Source of the DNA: an uncultured Gammaproteobacteria bacterium
GTDB taxonomy: Bacteria > Patescibacteriota > Microgenomatia > PFEM01 > DATLAM01
Assembly (NCBI GenBank): GCA_964566925.1
Contig: CAZMIZ010000001.1
Location: forward strand, 71,248 to 135,247
DNA length: 64,000 nt
Reading direction: 5' to 3'
Under the pieces are notes generated by a model, which saw nothing but the letters and a program-made list of their open reading frames with translations, had not been told where the DNA came from and did no database searches. Of the stretch, positions 47,388 through 57,378 are shown piece by piece (the stretch's first letter is position 1; every line of letters starts with the position of its first letter). The position numbers and the translations under genes are program-made.

Positions 47388-48780
47388 AACCTTTATTATT
47401 AATAAAGGAGGTTCTTTGTTAAAAATAAGACGATTCCCCACGATTATCGGGCTCTTAATTCTTTTAGCTGGCTTAGGCGGGGGCCTCTTTTTGGTCCAAA
47501 AAGCTCAAACATTTTTTCTAAGAGCCGAACCTGGAAGTGCTCCTAACCAAATAAGAATTACTAACATTACTGATCAAAGTTTTACTGTTTCTTGGACGAC
47601 CGATAAAAAGGTGGCTGGCCTGATTCAGTTTGGAGAAACATCTAGATTGGGTTCCGTTCTCGCTGACGATCGCGATCAGCAAGCCGGAGAGATCAGCTTG
47701 TTCTTCACCCACTACGTCACGATCAAAAATCTCAAGGCAGAGACTGATTATTATTTCAAAATTCGCTCCGGCTCAAAAATTTATGATCAAAACGGCCAGC
47801 CTTATCAAACCACCACTGCTCCTACAATCAGTTTCTCTTCGCCCCCAAACGATCCTGCCTATGGAAAGGTAATTGACCAGAGCGGGCAATCAGCCCAAGG
47901 AGCAATCGTTTATCTTTCCCTCGCCAACACGACCCCCCAATCAGCCCTAGTCCAAGAATCAGGTAATTGGGTCATCTCTCTTAATTCGGCTCGATCAGTT
48001 GACCTCAGTTCTTACGCAACCTATGACAAGGCGGCTTCAATAGAAGAAATCCTTGTTCAAGCCGAACAGGGCCTAACAGCCACAGCGGTCACCACCACTA
48101 AAAACGATAGTCCTGTCCCCACCATCACTCTGGGACAGAATTATAATTTTAGGCAAACCAGTGAAGAGTTAGAAATAACCGATCAAGAGAAAAAGGTTAC
48201 CCAAGAAGCGACCCAAGAAGCAAGCCCAACCCCCACTCCAACTTCAGGTTTTTCAGTGGAGTCACCAGAAGCTACCACGTCCCAAGAGTTAGCCATTATT
48301 AATCCGGATGAAGAGGAAGATGTTAATACCCAAAAACCGGCTATTCTAGGAACGGGACCAGCGGGAATTACGCTGGAAATCACTATTGAGTCTACCTCCA
48401 CCTATACCGGAACGGTGACTATTGATGATCAAGGAAATTGGGAGTGGAGTCCGCCTGTTGATCTAGAACCAGGCGAACATACCGTAACCGCTACCTTCAC
48501 CGATGAAGAAGGTAAGAAACATACCGTCAGTCACACTTTTGTTGTCTTGGCAGCTGGCAAAGATGAAGCTCCAGCTATAGAAGCAACCCCTTCGGCTGAA
48601 GCCAGCCCGTCACCAACCCTCACCCCCACTCCAATTCCCGCCACTAGAACCGCCATTCCTTCTACAGAAGGAGGTGTTCCCGATTCTGGATACTTGACAC
48701 CCACTTTCTTAGTCTTCATAATGGGTTTAGGACTTATTTTGATCGGTTTTGTTATAAAGAAGTTCGCTGCCCATGGATGA
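47356..48780 (+). CDS. Surface protein with N-terminal TM, Fn3-like domain, Ig-like region and C-terminal TM/KK anchor
   Basis: Fn3 signature IRITNITDQSFTVSWTT…YYFKIRS; C-terminus …TEGGVPDSGYLTPTFLVFIMGLGLILIGFVIKKF. Confidence 0.45.
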   Translation: MRERKFRLLIKTFIINKGGSLLKIRRFPTIIGLLILLAGLGGGLFLVQKAQTFFLRAEPGSAPNQIRITNITDQSFTVSWTTDKKVAGLIQFGETSRLGSVLADDRDQQAGEISLFFTHYVTIKNLKAETDYYFKIRSGSKIYDQNGQPYQTTTAPTISFSSPPNDPAYGKVIDQSGQSAQGAIVYLSLANTTPQSALVQESGNWVISLNSARSVDLSSYATYDKAASIEEILVQAEQGLTATAVTTTKNDSPVPTITLGQNYNFRQTSEELEITDQEKKVTQEATQEASPTPTPTSGFSVESPEATTSQELAIINPDEEEDVNTQKPAILGTGPAGITLEITIESTSTYTGTVTIDDQGNWEWSPPVDLEPGEHTVTATFTDEEGKKHTVSHTFVVLAAGKDEAPAIEATPSAEASPSPTLTPTPIPATRTAIPSTEGGVPDSGYLTPTFLVFIMGLGLILIGFVIKKFAAHG

Positions 48781-50413
48781 TCTAAAGTCAACGCCAACCG
48801 ATCTCCCACAAGGAGACCCTTCCAGTCAGACTACTAATAAACCTTTAGGTGAAGGGGCGAGTGTCCCACCCCCTCCACCACCGCCACCGGTTAAACAAAC
48901 ACCACCATCACCTCCTCCTGCTAAATCATCTCTACCAATTCCGCCGAAAAAAGAGAAAGTTGATATTCCTTATCCTCCCCCACCCTCCAAGAGCGGTTCA
49001 AAGAAAAAACTAATGATGGGTCTTTTAACTCTCTTCATCATCATTTTCGGCGGCATCTCTATTATCACCGCTTGGAAATTGAGACAAACGGAAACGGTCA
49101 CTCCAGAAGAGGCTGAGGCGTGGGTAGGTGACCATTGCACAACTGATTGCGAATTTACGGTTGGCCCCGGAAAGTATGGATTTGAGGCGGCAGGAATGGG
49201 CACCAATGCAATCGCTGGCCCAAATGTGACTAAGACGGTTTCCGTTTCCATCCCCAACGGGACGACTCTCCATAGTGCCTATATTTTTTGGTCAGGCGAA
49301 GCTTATCCTCCTAATAATAACGACAGCGAGGTGATTATTAATGGTGTTTCTGTCAACGCCGGAAAGGCTTTCCATTGGTTTAACACCCGGTCTCCAAAAG
49401 ATTGGAAACGATATCATCAGTATGCTAATTTAGCCGAGATCCCCGAAGAAGCAATTAAGCAGACCTCCGGAAATATTACCTTTAAAGTTAAAGGTTTCGA
49501 CCCCTTACAAATGAACTTTGAGGATGAAACTATGAAGGTGCATAATCACGGTTTCGGGATTGTGGTTGTTTATACTGGACCAGAAGTCAGTAACAATAAA
49601 ATTGTTCTTCGTCTTTGGGGGGAATGGCTCTATCTTGCCTGCCCTCCTTTTGACACCCGAGACGAATGTGAAGGGCCTCGTTCAAAGATAATGGACATAG
49701 ATCTGTCGGGCTTAGACTCAACTCAACCTAATCAAAATAAGTTTGCCTTTTTCTTTGGCGAAGGGGAGAGATATCGAGGGCAATGTATCGACGAAGAAAT
49801 AAGGAAGCGCCCCAGCCATCTTTATTATAAAACCACCGGTGATTGGCAAAAGCTGAACGCCAACACGGGTATCAATACTCAACCTTGGCCAGCCTGTCCC
49901 TTACCGGAAAATGAACAACCAGGTGGCTGGTGGACTACTAGAATCACTGGAGTAAATTTAGACCCAATTACCCTGGCTGGAAACAAAATAAGATTTAATG
50001 CTGATTCCGCTTATCTTGCCAATGAAAATCCGACTGATGGTGAATCTTATACTTTTGTTGGTCTGGCGGCTCAATATCCAGTGGCCGGAGAAACACCTAC
50101 TCCCACCCCAGGGCCTCTAACCTGCCTTAGTCTTGAAGGAGAACCGGAATCCTTATCACCTGGCGATGAAATTACCCTAACCTGCACCGGCAGCAGTGAT
50201 CCGGCCCTACCGATTGATCATTTCGAATTTAGGGTCAGCAGTGATTCGGGGACGCCGGTGGAACTACCCTCAGTCTCGGCAACTAAAACTAATGGTGAAT
50301 GGGAAGGCACAACTACTTACGAAATTCCCGACTTTGCTTGTTATGATTTTGAATGTCGGGCTTGTAGAAGCAGTGATTCCTCAGAGTGCACTGAATGGGG
50401 TCAAGCCCAATAG
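48773..50413 (+). CDS. Pro-rich cytoplasmic tail, single TM, large Trp/Cys-rich extracellular domain
   Basis: PPPPPPPPVKQTPPSPPPAK…, TM LLTLFIIIFGGISIITAW, then a ~440-aa domain with paired Cys. Confidence 0.45.
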   Translation: MDDLKSTPTDLPQGDPSSQTTNKPLGEGASVPPPPPPPPVKQTPPSPPPAKSSLPIPPKKEKVDIPYPPPPSKSGSKKKLMMGLLTLFIIIFGGISIITAWKLRQTETVTPEEAEAWVGDHCTTDCEFTVGPGKYGFEAAGMGTNAIAGPNVTKTVSVSIPNGTTLHSAYIFWSGEAYPPNNNDSEVIINGVSVNAGKAFHWFNTRSPKDWKRYHQYANLAEIPEEAIKQTSGNITFKVKGFDPLQMNFEDETMKVHNHGFGIVVVYTGPEVSNNKIVLRLWGEWLYLACPPFDTRDECEGPRSKIMDIDLSGLDSTQPNQNKFAFFFGEGERYRGQCIDEEIRKRPSHLYYKTTGDWQKLNANTGINTQPWPACPLPENEQPGGWWTTRITGVNLDPITLAGNKIRFNADSAYLANENPTDGESYTFVGLAAQYPVAGETPTPTPGPLTCLSLEGEPESLSPGDEITLTCTGSSDPALPIDHFEFRVSSDSGTPVELPSVSATKTNGEWEGTTTYEIPDFACYDFECRACRSSDSSECTEWGQAQ

Positions 50414-50416
50414 TTT

Positions 50417-51034
50417 ATGGAAAATTTAAAGAAAAATTGGCTTTTAATTCTAACTGGGGCAACCACCGTTGTTTTGGGAATGATTGCGGTGGTCACCGCC
50501 ATTAAGCTTTATCAAATCGGAAAAGAACCAGTGGCCCCCACTGCCCCAGCCCCAGCCCCAGCTCAAGAAATAACCCCGACTCCTGAGTTGCCTTGTACCT
50601 ATAGTTTTTGTCTTGCTAGCCCAACCCCCACCGAAACCCCAACCGAAACACCAACCGAGACGCCAACGGAGACGCCAACTTCAACCCCTATTCCTGAATG
50701 TTGGGACACCTGTGAAAATGATGATGACTGTCCTGATGAATTGAGCTGTGAAGAGGTGGAAACAGATGTTTTCCGCTGCGCTAATCCTGATTGTCCTGAA
50801 GAAGAAGACTGTGAATGTCCAACCGAAACACCAACCGAGACGCCGACGGAAACCCCGACAGGAACAGTGACCGAAACCCCAACCGAGACGCCGACAGGAA
50901 CAATAGTGTCGACCGCGACACCCACTTATGTTGCTGAAGCTGAACTGCCTGAAGCGGGTATCAGCTGGCCCACTATCGGTGGCCTACTTGGAGGCGTTCT
51001 CATTCTCGTCATTTCTATTCTCCTTGCCTTCTAA
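50417..51034 (+). CDS. TETPTE-repeat, Cys-rich surface protein with C-terminal LPEAG sorting signal
   Basis: N-terminal TM; (TETP)n repeats flank CWDTCENDDDCPDELSCEE…CPEEEDCEC; C-terminal AELPEAG (50945-50959) with a hydrophobic tail. Confidence 0.55.
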   Translation: MENLKKNWLLILTGATTVVLGMIAVVTAIKLYQIGKEPVAPTAPAPAPAQEITPTPELPCTYSFCLASPTPTETPTETPTETPTETPTSTPIPECWDTCENDDDCPDELSCEEVETDVFRCANPDCPEEEDCECPTETPTETPTETPTGTVTETPTETPTGTIVSTATPTYVAEAELPEAGISWPTIGGLLGGVLILVISILLAF

Positions 51035-51063
51035 AATTAACTCTAAGATGCTAAAATTCAGCC

Positions 51064-52311
51064 ATGAGGGTGGCTATTGTTGGTGGCGGCTTTACTGGTT
51101 TAACGATCGCCTATCGACTTTCACAAAAAAGTCATCAGGTGGTTATCTTTGAAAAGGAAAGTCAAGTTGGCGGTCTAGCTAGCGGGTTTAAAAAGAGGGG
51201 CTGGGAATGGTCACTTGAGAAGTTTTTCCATCACCTTTTTACTTCGGATCAAGCAACCAAAGATTTAATTCAAGATTTAGGGCTTAACAAAAAGCTTTTC
51301 TATCTCCGGCCTAAAACTTCAATTTTCAAAAACGACAAAATTTTTCAGTTCGACTCACCCCTTTCTCTCTTAACTTCTCCTGATCTTTCAGTTTTAGAAA
51401 GAATGAGGGCTGGTTTAGCTCTGGCCTATCTCAAAACAACCCCCTTCTGGCAACCCCTAGAAAAAACGACTGCTTCTGCTTGGCTAACCAGAAACATGGG
51501 CAAAAACGCTTATCAGACCCTTTGGCAACCCCTGCTCCAAGGAAAATTCGGCGAGCTGGCTAACCAAATCCCTGCTTCCTGGTTTTGGGCGAGAATCAAG
51601 AAAAGAAGCACCAAGCTCGGCTATCTTCAGGGCGGCTTTCAGATTTTAATAGATAAACTAGCTGAAAGGGTGGAAAAAAACGGCGGGAAAATCTTCCTCA
51701 ATCATGAAGTTAAAAACCTTGAAGAGCTTAACAATTTTGACCAGATCATTATCACTGTCCCCGAAGAAACATTTTTAAAAATCACTTCTAATTTACCTAA
51801 AGATTATCAAAGCCAGCTGAAAAACTTTAAAATGTTAGGGGCGCTTAACCTGGTCTTAGTTCTAAAGGAAAGGTTTCTAACCGACAAGACCTACTGGCTG
51901 AATATCAACGAAGCGGAATTCCCTTTTGTGGCCGTAGTCGAACACACTAACTTCATTGACCCGAAATATTATGATGGTCAGAGAATCCTTTATGTTGGCG
52001 GCTATTATCCTCAAAATCACCGCTATCTTAACGCGAAAAAGGAACAAATTTTTAAGGAGTGGTTGCCTTATCTCCAAAAAATCAATCCTAAATTTAGCCA
52101 CCGCTCGACTCTCGCTTCTTATCTTTCAGTTAGTTTATTCGCTCAACCGGTTATCCCGATTAACTACTCAAAAACCATTCCTCAATTCAAAACACCTCTC
52201 CCCAATGTTTATCTAGCCAACATGCAAATGGTCTACCCTTGGGATCGGGGAGTCAATTATGCAATCGAGCTCGGAAAGAGGGCAGCTAATGAAATTCTCA
52301 AAGAAATTTAA
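51064..52311 (+). CDS. FAD-dependent enzyme resembling UDP-galactopyranose mutase (Glf); alternatively another member of the amine-oxidase/PPO superfamily
   Basis: VAIVGGGFTGL Rossmann fold; FFHHLFTSD (cf. Glf AHIFHTND); YQTLWQPLLQGKFGELANQIPASWFWARIK (cf. Glf YQALIKGYTEKQWG..ELPAFIIKRIP); YLQGGFQILIDKL (cf. YQGIPVGGYTKLIEKM). Confidence 0.45.
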   Translation: MRVAIVGGGFTGLTIAYRLSQKSHQVVIFEKESQVGGLASGFKKRGWEWSLEKFFHHLFTSDQATKDLIQDLGLNKKLFYLRPKTSIFKNDKIFQFDSPLSLLTSPDLSVLERMRAGLALAYLKTTPFWQPLEKTTASAWLTRNMGKNAYQTLWQPLLQGKFGELANQIPASWFWARIKKRSTKLGYLQGGFQILIDKLAERVEKNGGKIFLNHEVKNLEELNNFDQIIITVPEETFLKITSNLPKDYQSQLKNFKMLGALNLVLVLKERFLTDKTYWLNINEAEFPFVAVVEHTNFIDPKYYDGQRILYVGGYYPQNHRYLNAKKEQIFKEWLPYLQKINPKFSHRSTLASYLSVSLFAQPVIPINYSKTIPQFKTPLPNVYLANMQMVYPWDRGVNYAIELGKRAANEILKEI

Positions 52312-53962
52312 AAAAGGGTTAGCTTTTTTTAAAAAAAATTGGCCCGAGATAGTTCTCATTCTTATCTTCTTTCTTTTCTCTTGGTGGTTAATGTGGCACA
52401 CCTTTAATTATAAAGAGGGAACTATTTACGTTGCCTCAAAAGCTTGGAGCGACTTCGCCGCCAACATTCCTTTAATCCGCTCTTTTTCCTGGGGAAATAA
52501 TTTCCCCCCCGAATACCCTCTTTTCCCAGGCGAGCCAATCCGCTATCACTTTCTTTTCTATCTCTTGGTTGGTTTTCTAGAAAAAGTCCATCTTCCTCTT
52601 AGTTGGGCCTTAAACTTGCCTAGCTTCGTCGGGCTTGGGAGTCTCCTAGCGATGATTTATTTTTTCTCTAAATTTCTTTTTAAAAAACGAGGCGTGGCCT
52701 GCCTATCGGTCTTCTTCTTCCTTTTTAATGGCTCGCTTTCTTTCTTAGAATTCTTTCGTCAGCAACCTCTCTCTCTAGTCACGCCGTTGGAAATAATAGC
52801 CAATAAACAGTTTCCTTCTTTTGGGCCTTACGATGGTAAAATAGTCAGTGCCTTCTGGAACCTTAATATCTTTACTAATCAACGCCATCTAGCCGGTGCC
52901 TATACTCTTACTCTTTTTGTTGTCTATCTTCTGGTTCGCTCAGCCAAAACTAAAAAACGGCTGTCTTCTTGGCAAATTTTGATTTCAGGAATCATCTTTG
53001 GGCTACTTCCCTTTTACCACAAAGCTGTCTTCTTAATGTTGGGGGTAATCATGGTTTGGCTTTCGCTATGCCTTCCTAAATTGCGACCGTCAATCTTTTT
53101 CAGTTTAATGATTGGTGGTATTTTAGCCCTCCCTCAGGTCCTTTATCAGTTAAAGGGTACTCAGTCATTTTTCGTAATCAACCCCGGCTATTTAGTTGAT
53201 CGGCCTTTAACTATTCCTAAATTTCTTACTTATTGGTTTTTCAATCTTGGTTTAGGGATGTTTTTGATCCCGCTTGGTTTTCTTTTTTCAAAAAAAATTG
53301 CCAAAAAAATCCTAGCCGGCTTTTTTCTCCTGTTTCTAATTGGTAATTTATTCCAATTCTCTCCGGAGATGGCGGCTAACCATAAATTTTTCAACCTCTT
53401 TTTGATTGTCGGCAATATGTTCTCTGCTTGGGCGATCTATCATCTTTGGCGAAAAAATATCTTAGGAAAATCCCTGGTACCCATCCTGGTTTTCTTGCTT
53501 ATCTTTTCTGGAATGATTGACTTTTTCCCGATTAAAAACGATTCTCTGATGACCGTGGCTGATGCTCCAAAAAACCCGGATATCTTTTGGATTAAAGAAA
53601 ACACTCCGCCTGATGCTATTTTTTTAAACTCCTCTTATATCTATCATCCAGCCAGTTTGGCTGGCCGAAAAATTTTTCTTGGCTGGCCTTATTTTGCTTG
53701 GTCAGCTGGCTATGATACCTATCAACGGGATAAGCTAATAAAAGAGCTCTTCCAAGGGAAAAGCCAACTGGCCATCTGTTCTCAGCTCTTAGAAAATAAA
53801 ATCGACTACCTCGCTCTGGGGGCGAAAGGGAAAACTGATCTTCCCGTTAATTTTTCCTTTTTTGAAAAAAACTTTATTCCGGTCTATCAAAACCAAGAAA
53901 CCGAGTTAAGGATTTTCTCGGTTAACCAAAGTTGTTATCATTTTTCAAAGCAAGATGAATAA
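52259..53962 (+). CDS. Large polytopic membrane protein, putative GT-C-fold glycosyltransferase
   Basis: 567 aa with more than 10 TMs and a long first extracytoplasmic loop; overlaps the upstream gene. Confidence 0.35.
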   Translation: MQSSSERGQLMKFSKKFKKGLAFFKKNWPEIVLILIFFLFSWWLMWHTFNYKEGTIYVASKAWSDFAANIPLIRSFSWGNNFPPEYPLFPGEPIRYHFLFYLLVGFLEKVHLPLSWALNLPSFVGLGSLLAMIYFFSKFLFKKRGVACLSVFFFLFNGSLSFLEFFRQQPLSLVTPLEIIANKQFPSFGPYDGKIVSAFWNLNIFTNQRHLAGAYTLTLFVVYLLVRSAKTKKRLSSWQILISGIIFGLLPFYHKAVFLMLGVIMVWLSLCLPKLRPSIFFSLMIGGILALPQVLYQLKGTQSFFVINPGYLVDRPLTIPKFLTYWFFNLGLGMFLIPLGFLFSKKIAKKILAGFFLLFLIGNLFQFSPEMAANHKFFNLFLIVGNMFSAWAIYHLWRKNILGKSLVPILVFLLIFSGMIDFFPIKNDSLMTVADAPKNPDIFWIKENTPPDAIFLNSSYIYHPASLAGRKIFLGWPYFAWSAGYDTYQRDKLIKELFQGKSQLAICSQLLENKIDYLALGAKGKTDLPVNFSFFEKNFIPVYQNQETELRIFSVNQSCYHFSKQDE

Positions 53963-55361
53963 ACTCCTTTTCTTTTCTCTTTCGTTCTTCTCGGTTTTAT
54001 TCCTACCTTTCAGAGGAGCGCTTCCTTATTTGGATGGCAACATTGACTTTGTCCAGGTAAACGATTTTTACGCCGGTGGTCTCAGCCAATATTTTCAGAA
54101 CTGGAACACGGTTCATCCCCCTCTCAAACTTATCTTAACCACTGTTTTTTTTCAGTTAACCGGATTAAATCCGTCTAGCTACATTCTGGTCGGCTTTCTT
54201 TTTGGTTTTCTTGGAATCATCGCTCTTTTCGCCTTATCCCGAACCCTTTTTAACTCCCAGGTAGCCGGGCTAAGCGCTTTTTTTCTGGCGACCTCACCTT
54301 TGTTTCTGTCCACCGGAATTTTTAGTTTGCGAGACTATCTTTTAACTGTCCTGATTCTGATTTCTTTGGCTTTTTATTCCCAGAGTAAATTTCTTGGCTG
54401 CGCTTTGACTCTTTCTTTGGCTATCTTAACTAAGGAAACCGGCTTAATTTTAGCAGGGATTATCCTGGCGATCGAAGCTCTTTACTTTATTAAAGCGTTG
54501 ACTAGAACCAAGCGGTTCAATCAAGGTTTTCACCTTTTTCTTTTTTTCATTCCTTTTTTTACTATTTCGGCCTGGCAGTTTTTCTTAAAAGCCAACCAAA
54601 AGACTTCTTGGAGCGAATGGCTTTTTACTGAAACCAGCAGCCAGGGAACCTATCAAACGATCCTTAATAACTTGATTACCTTCCGTTTTTTAAATCAGTA
54701 CGCTTACCAACATTGGCGGCAATTGTTCTTTCTAAATTTTAATTGGGTTTACTGGCTGATCACTTTAGGGGGAATTTTTCTCTTTCTCTTAAATAAAAAT
54801 CGCCGTCAGAGGATCGGAAAAAACCTGATTAAAGGAACCAAAAAAGCCAAAACCCTGCTCGTTATCAGTTTGTTTTTCTTTGGTTATCTTTTGACGGTCT
54901 TGAGTCTCCAAACCTTTACCATTCCCCGATATGCTTTACCTTTAATCCCTTTTCTTTTAATGACCACCGCATTGATGATCAGCCGGCTAATGATTAAGGG
55001 GCCAGTCTTTAAATGTGGTCTTTCCATTTTCCTTAGTCTAATGGTTTTTTTCAGCTTGTTTACTTCGCTTGATCCAGTATCTGTCAGTCTCTGGGGAAAA
55101 ACAGAAATTTTAGGAGAAAAACTTTACGCCCTGAACCATCATTTGGCTGGCAATGACGGTATCACCTATAATGTTCAGTACCTTTTCTTGGTTAAAAAGC
55201 GAACTAGAGAAATTTTAGCAGCTAACGAGCAGGCAAGACCAGTGGTTTCCAAAGAATGCCGTTGGCTTTTCCCAGACCCAAGAAACGATCAAAAAATGAT
55301 AATAATTTTACAACTGAAAAACTTGAACCAAACTAATCTTTGCCTATCAGAAAATGAATAG
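53955..55361 (+). CDS. Polytopic membrane protein, putative GT-C (PMT/ArnT-like) glycosyltransferase
   Basis: 468 aa, ~11 TMs; 8-nt overlaps on both sides. Confidence 0.35.
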   Translation: MNKLLFFSLSFFSVLFLPFRGALPYLDGNIDFVQVNDFYAGGLSQYFQNWNTVHPPLKLILTTVFFQLTGLNPSSYILVGFLFGFLGIIALFALSRTLFNSQVAGLSAFFLATSPLFLSTGIFSLRDYLLTVLILISLAFYSQSKFLGCALTLSLAILTKETGLILAGIILAIEALYFIKALTRTKRFNQGFHLFLFFIPFFTISAWQFFLKANQKTSWSEWLFTETSSQGTYQTILNNLITFRFLNQYAYQHWRQLFFLNFNWVYWLITLGGIFLFLLNKNRRQRIGKNLIKGTKKAKTLLVISLFFFGYLLTVLSLQTFTIPRYALPLIPFLLMTTALMISRLMIKGPVFKCGLSIFLSLMVFFSLFTSLDPVSVSLWGKTEILGEKLYALNHHLAGNDGITYNVQYLFLVKKRTREILAANEQARPVVSKECRWLFPDPRNDQKMIIILQLKNLNQTNLCLSENE

Positions 55362-57378
55362 CGATTTAATGATTGTTTTCTTTTGGTGGTTTTTACTTTT
55401 TATCCTGGGAATGGCTTTCCTTCCCTTAACTTTCCTTATCTTTCAAAAATTTTTAGATAAAGGCTATGCTTTTAGTAAGATCATTGGCCTTCTTTTTATC
55501 TCTTATTTTGTCTGGCTTTTGGGAAGCCTTAAAATCTTCCCCTTTTTCTCAGCCACTGCTTGGTTAATGGTGATTCTCTCCGTCATCGGCAACCTTTTTT
55601 TGCTTCAAAAAAACCGTCGTCTGTTCAGAAAGTTTTTCAGAGAAAGTGCGAAGATCTTCTTTTTTGAAGAAATTCTCTTTCTTTCTGCCTTAACTTTCTG
55701 GGCCTATATTCGCAGTTTCCAACCTAGCATTCAGGGGTTGGAAAAATTCATGGATTTTGGCTTTGTCAATTCTCTTCTCCGGACTCGCTTTTTCCCTCCC
55801 GCCGATATGTGGTTGGCTGGTGAAACCATTAACTATTACTATTTTGGTCATTTAATAAGTGCCGTTCTCACTAAATTATCAGGACTCAACCCCGCTCTTA
55901 CCTATAATCTAATGATCGCCACCCTATTTGCTTTTACCTTCACGGCTGGATTTTCCCTGGGGAGTGCCTTCGCTAGTCAGCTGAAGTTAAAGAAAAAGCG
56001 TCTTTTTCTGAGCGGAATAATGACTGCCCTTCTCCTCTCTTTAGGCGGCAACTTACACCCACTATATTATTGGTTTACTCATCAGGGTTTCGGTGGTTAT
56101 TGGTATCCTGACGCCACTAGATTTATTGTGGAAAAATTTGGGGCCATCGACAATACCATTCATGAATTCCCTTTGTACAGCTTCGTCGTTGCCGATCTGC
56201 ACGGGCATTTGATTAATCTACCCAATGTTCTCTTGATGCTGGCTTTAGCTTTTGTCATCAGTCAAAATCTGGACACCAAGAAAAAAATGATTGAGTTAAA
56301 ACGGGCAATTTTTCTTCTCGCCTTCTGTTTGGCAATCGCTTTCATGACTAATGCCTGGGACTATCCTATTTATCTTTTAGTCGCTGGGGGCGTCATTTTA
56401 CTCTTTAATTGGTTAAAGTGGCCCTGGAGAAAAGCTCTCATTAGGACAACGACCATTGGTTCTTTTTTGGTAGCTGGCAGCATTCTTTTTACCCTCCCTT
56501 TTCACCTTCATTTTAAAAGTATTGCCCAAGGGGTTGGTTTGGTTGATTTCCATTCTCCTCCCTGGATGCTTTTGGTTCTTTGGGGATTCCCTTTAACTAT
56601 CAGCCTAACTTTTTTGGTTTTCCTTTATTGGCAAAAAAGAAAACACCAATCAACTGATTATTTTATCCTCGTTCTTCTGGTTGTTTCCTGGTTTTTAATT
56701 CTCATTCCGGAGTTTGTTTATGTCAAAGATATCTACATTCATTCCCATCAACGAGCTAACACCGTGTTTAAGCTTACCTACCAAGCCTTCGTCATGTTCT
56801 CCTTGGCCGGGGGCTATGTCTTCATTAGAGCTCTCACCAGTCTTCGGCTTAAACTGAGGAGGTTCTTCTTCTTAATCATCTATTCATTCCTTTTGATTCC
56901 CATCTTTATTTATCCCTATTTTGCCATCCGCTCTTACTATAATCTTAAAAACTATCAAGGTCTTTACGGTCTCTCTTATCTTAAAACCAAATATTCCCAT
57001 GATTATCAGGCAATTCTTTGGTTAAATCAAAACGTTAAGGGCCAACCAGTTTTGGTGGAGGCTGTTGGCGAGAGCTACACTGACTTTGCTCGAGTTTCTG
57101 CTAATACTGGTTTGCCTGCGGTTTTGGGCTGGCGGGTTCATGAATGGCTCTGGCGCAGTTCCTTTGATGAACCGGGAAAAAGGACTGAAGAAATCCGCCA
57201 AATCTACGAGTCAGAAAGTTTAGAAGAAACCAAAAATCTCTTAGAAAAATATCAAGTCGAATATCTTTTTCTGGGAAGTTTAGAGAGAGAACAATACCCC
57301 CATCTTATAGAAGAAAAATTTGTCTGGCTGGGTAAGATGGTCTTTTCTTCAGGACCAACAAAAATCTACCAATTCTAG
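55354..57378 (+). CDS. Large polytopic membrane protein (674 aa), GT-C / DUF2298-like
   Basis: More than 12 TMs; loop motif EKFMDFGFVNSLLRTRFFPPADMWLAGETINYYYFGH; C-terminal soluble domain. Confidence 0.35.
   Translation: MNSDLMIVFFWWFLLFILGMAFLPLTFLIFQKFLDKGYAFSKIIGLLFISYFVWLLGSLKIFPFFSATAWLMVILSVIGNLFLLQKNRRLFRKFFRESAKIFFFEEILFLSALTFWAYIRSFQPSIQGLEKFMDFGFVNSLLRTRFFPPADMWLAGETINYYYFGHLISAVLTKLSGLNPALTYNLMIATLFAFTFTAGFSLGSAFASQLKLKKKRLFLSGIMTALLLSLGGNLHPLYYWFTHQGFGGYWYPDATRFIVEKFGAIDNTIHEFPLYSFVVADLHGHLINLPNVLLMLALAFVISQNLDTKKKMIELKRAIFLLAFCLAIAFMTNAWDYPIYLLVAGGVILLFNWLKWPWRKALIRTTTIGSFLVAGSILFTLPFHLHFKSIAQGVGLVDFHSPPWMLLVLWGFPLTISLTFLVFLYWQKRKHQSTDYFILVLLVVSWFLILIPEFVYVKDIYIHSHQRANTVFKLTYQAFVMFSLAGGYVFIRALTSLRLKLRRFFFLIIYSFLLIPIFIYPYFAIRSYYNLKNYQGLYGLSYLKTKYSHDYQAILWLNQNVKGQPVLVEAVGESYTDFARVSANTGLPAVLGWRVHEWLWRSSFDEPGKRTEEIRQIYESESLEETKNLLEKYQVEYLFLGSLEREQYPHLIEEKFVWLGKMVFSSGPTKIYQF

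Noticed and set aside
47356-48780. C-terminal …TEGGVPDSGY + TM + KK of the Fn3 protein as a third sortase signal
   Set aside because: It does not match LPEAG or any known sorting motif, so it is treated as a plain C-terminal TM anchor.
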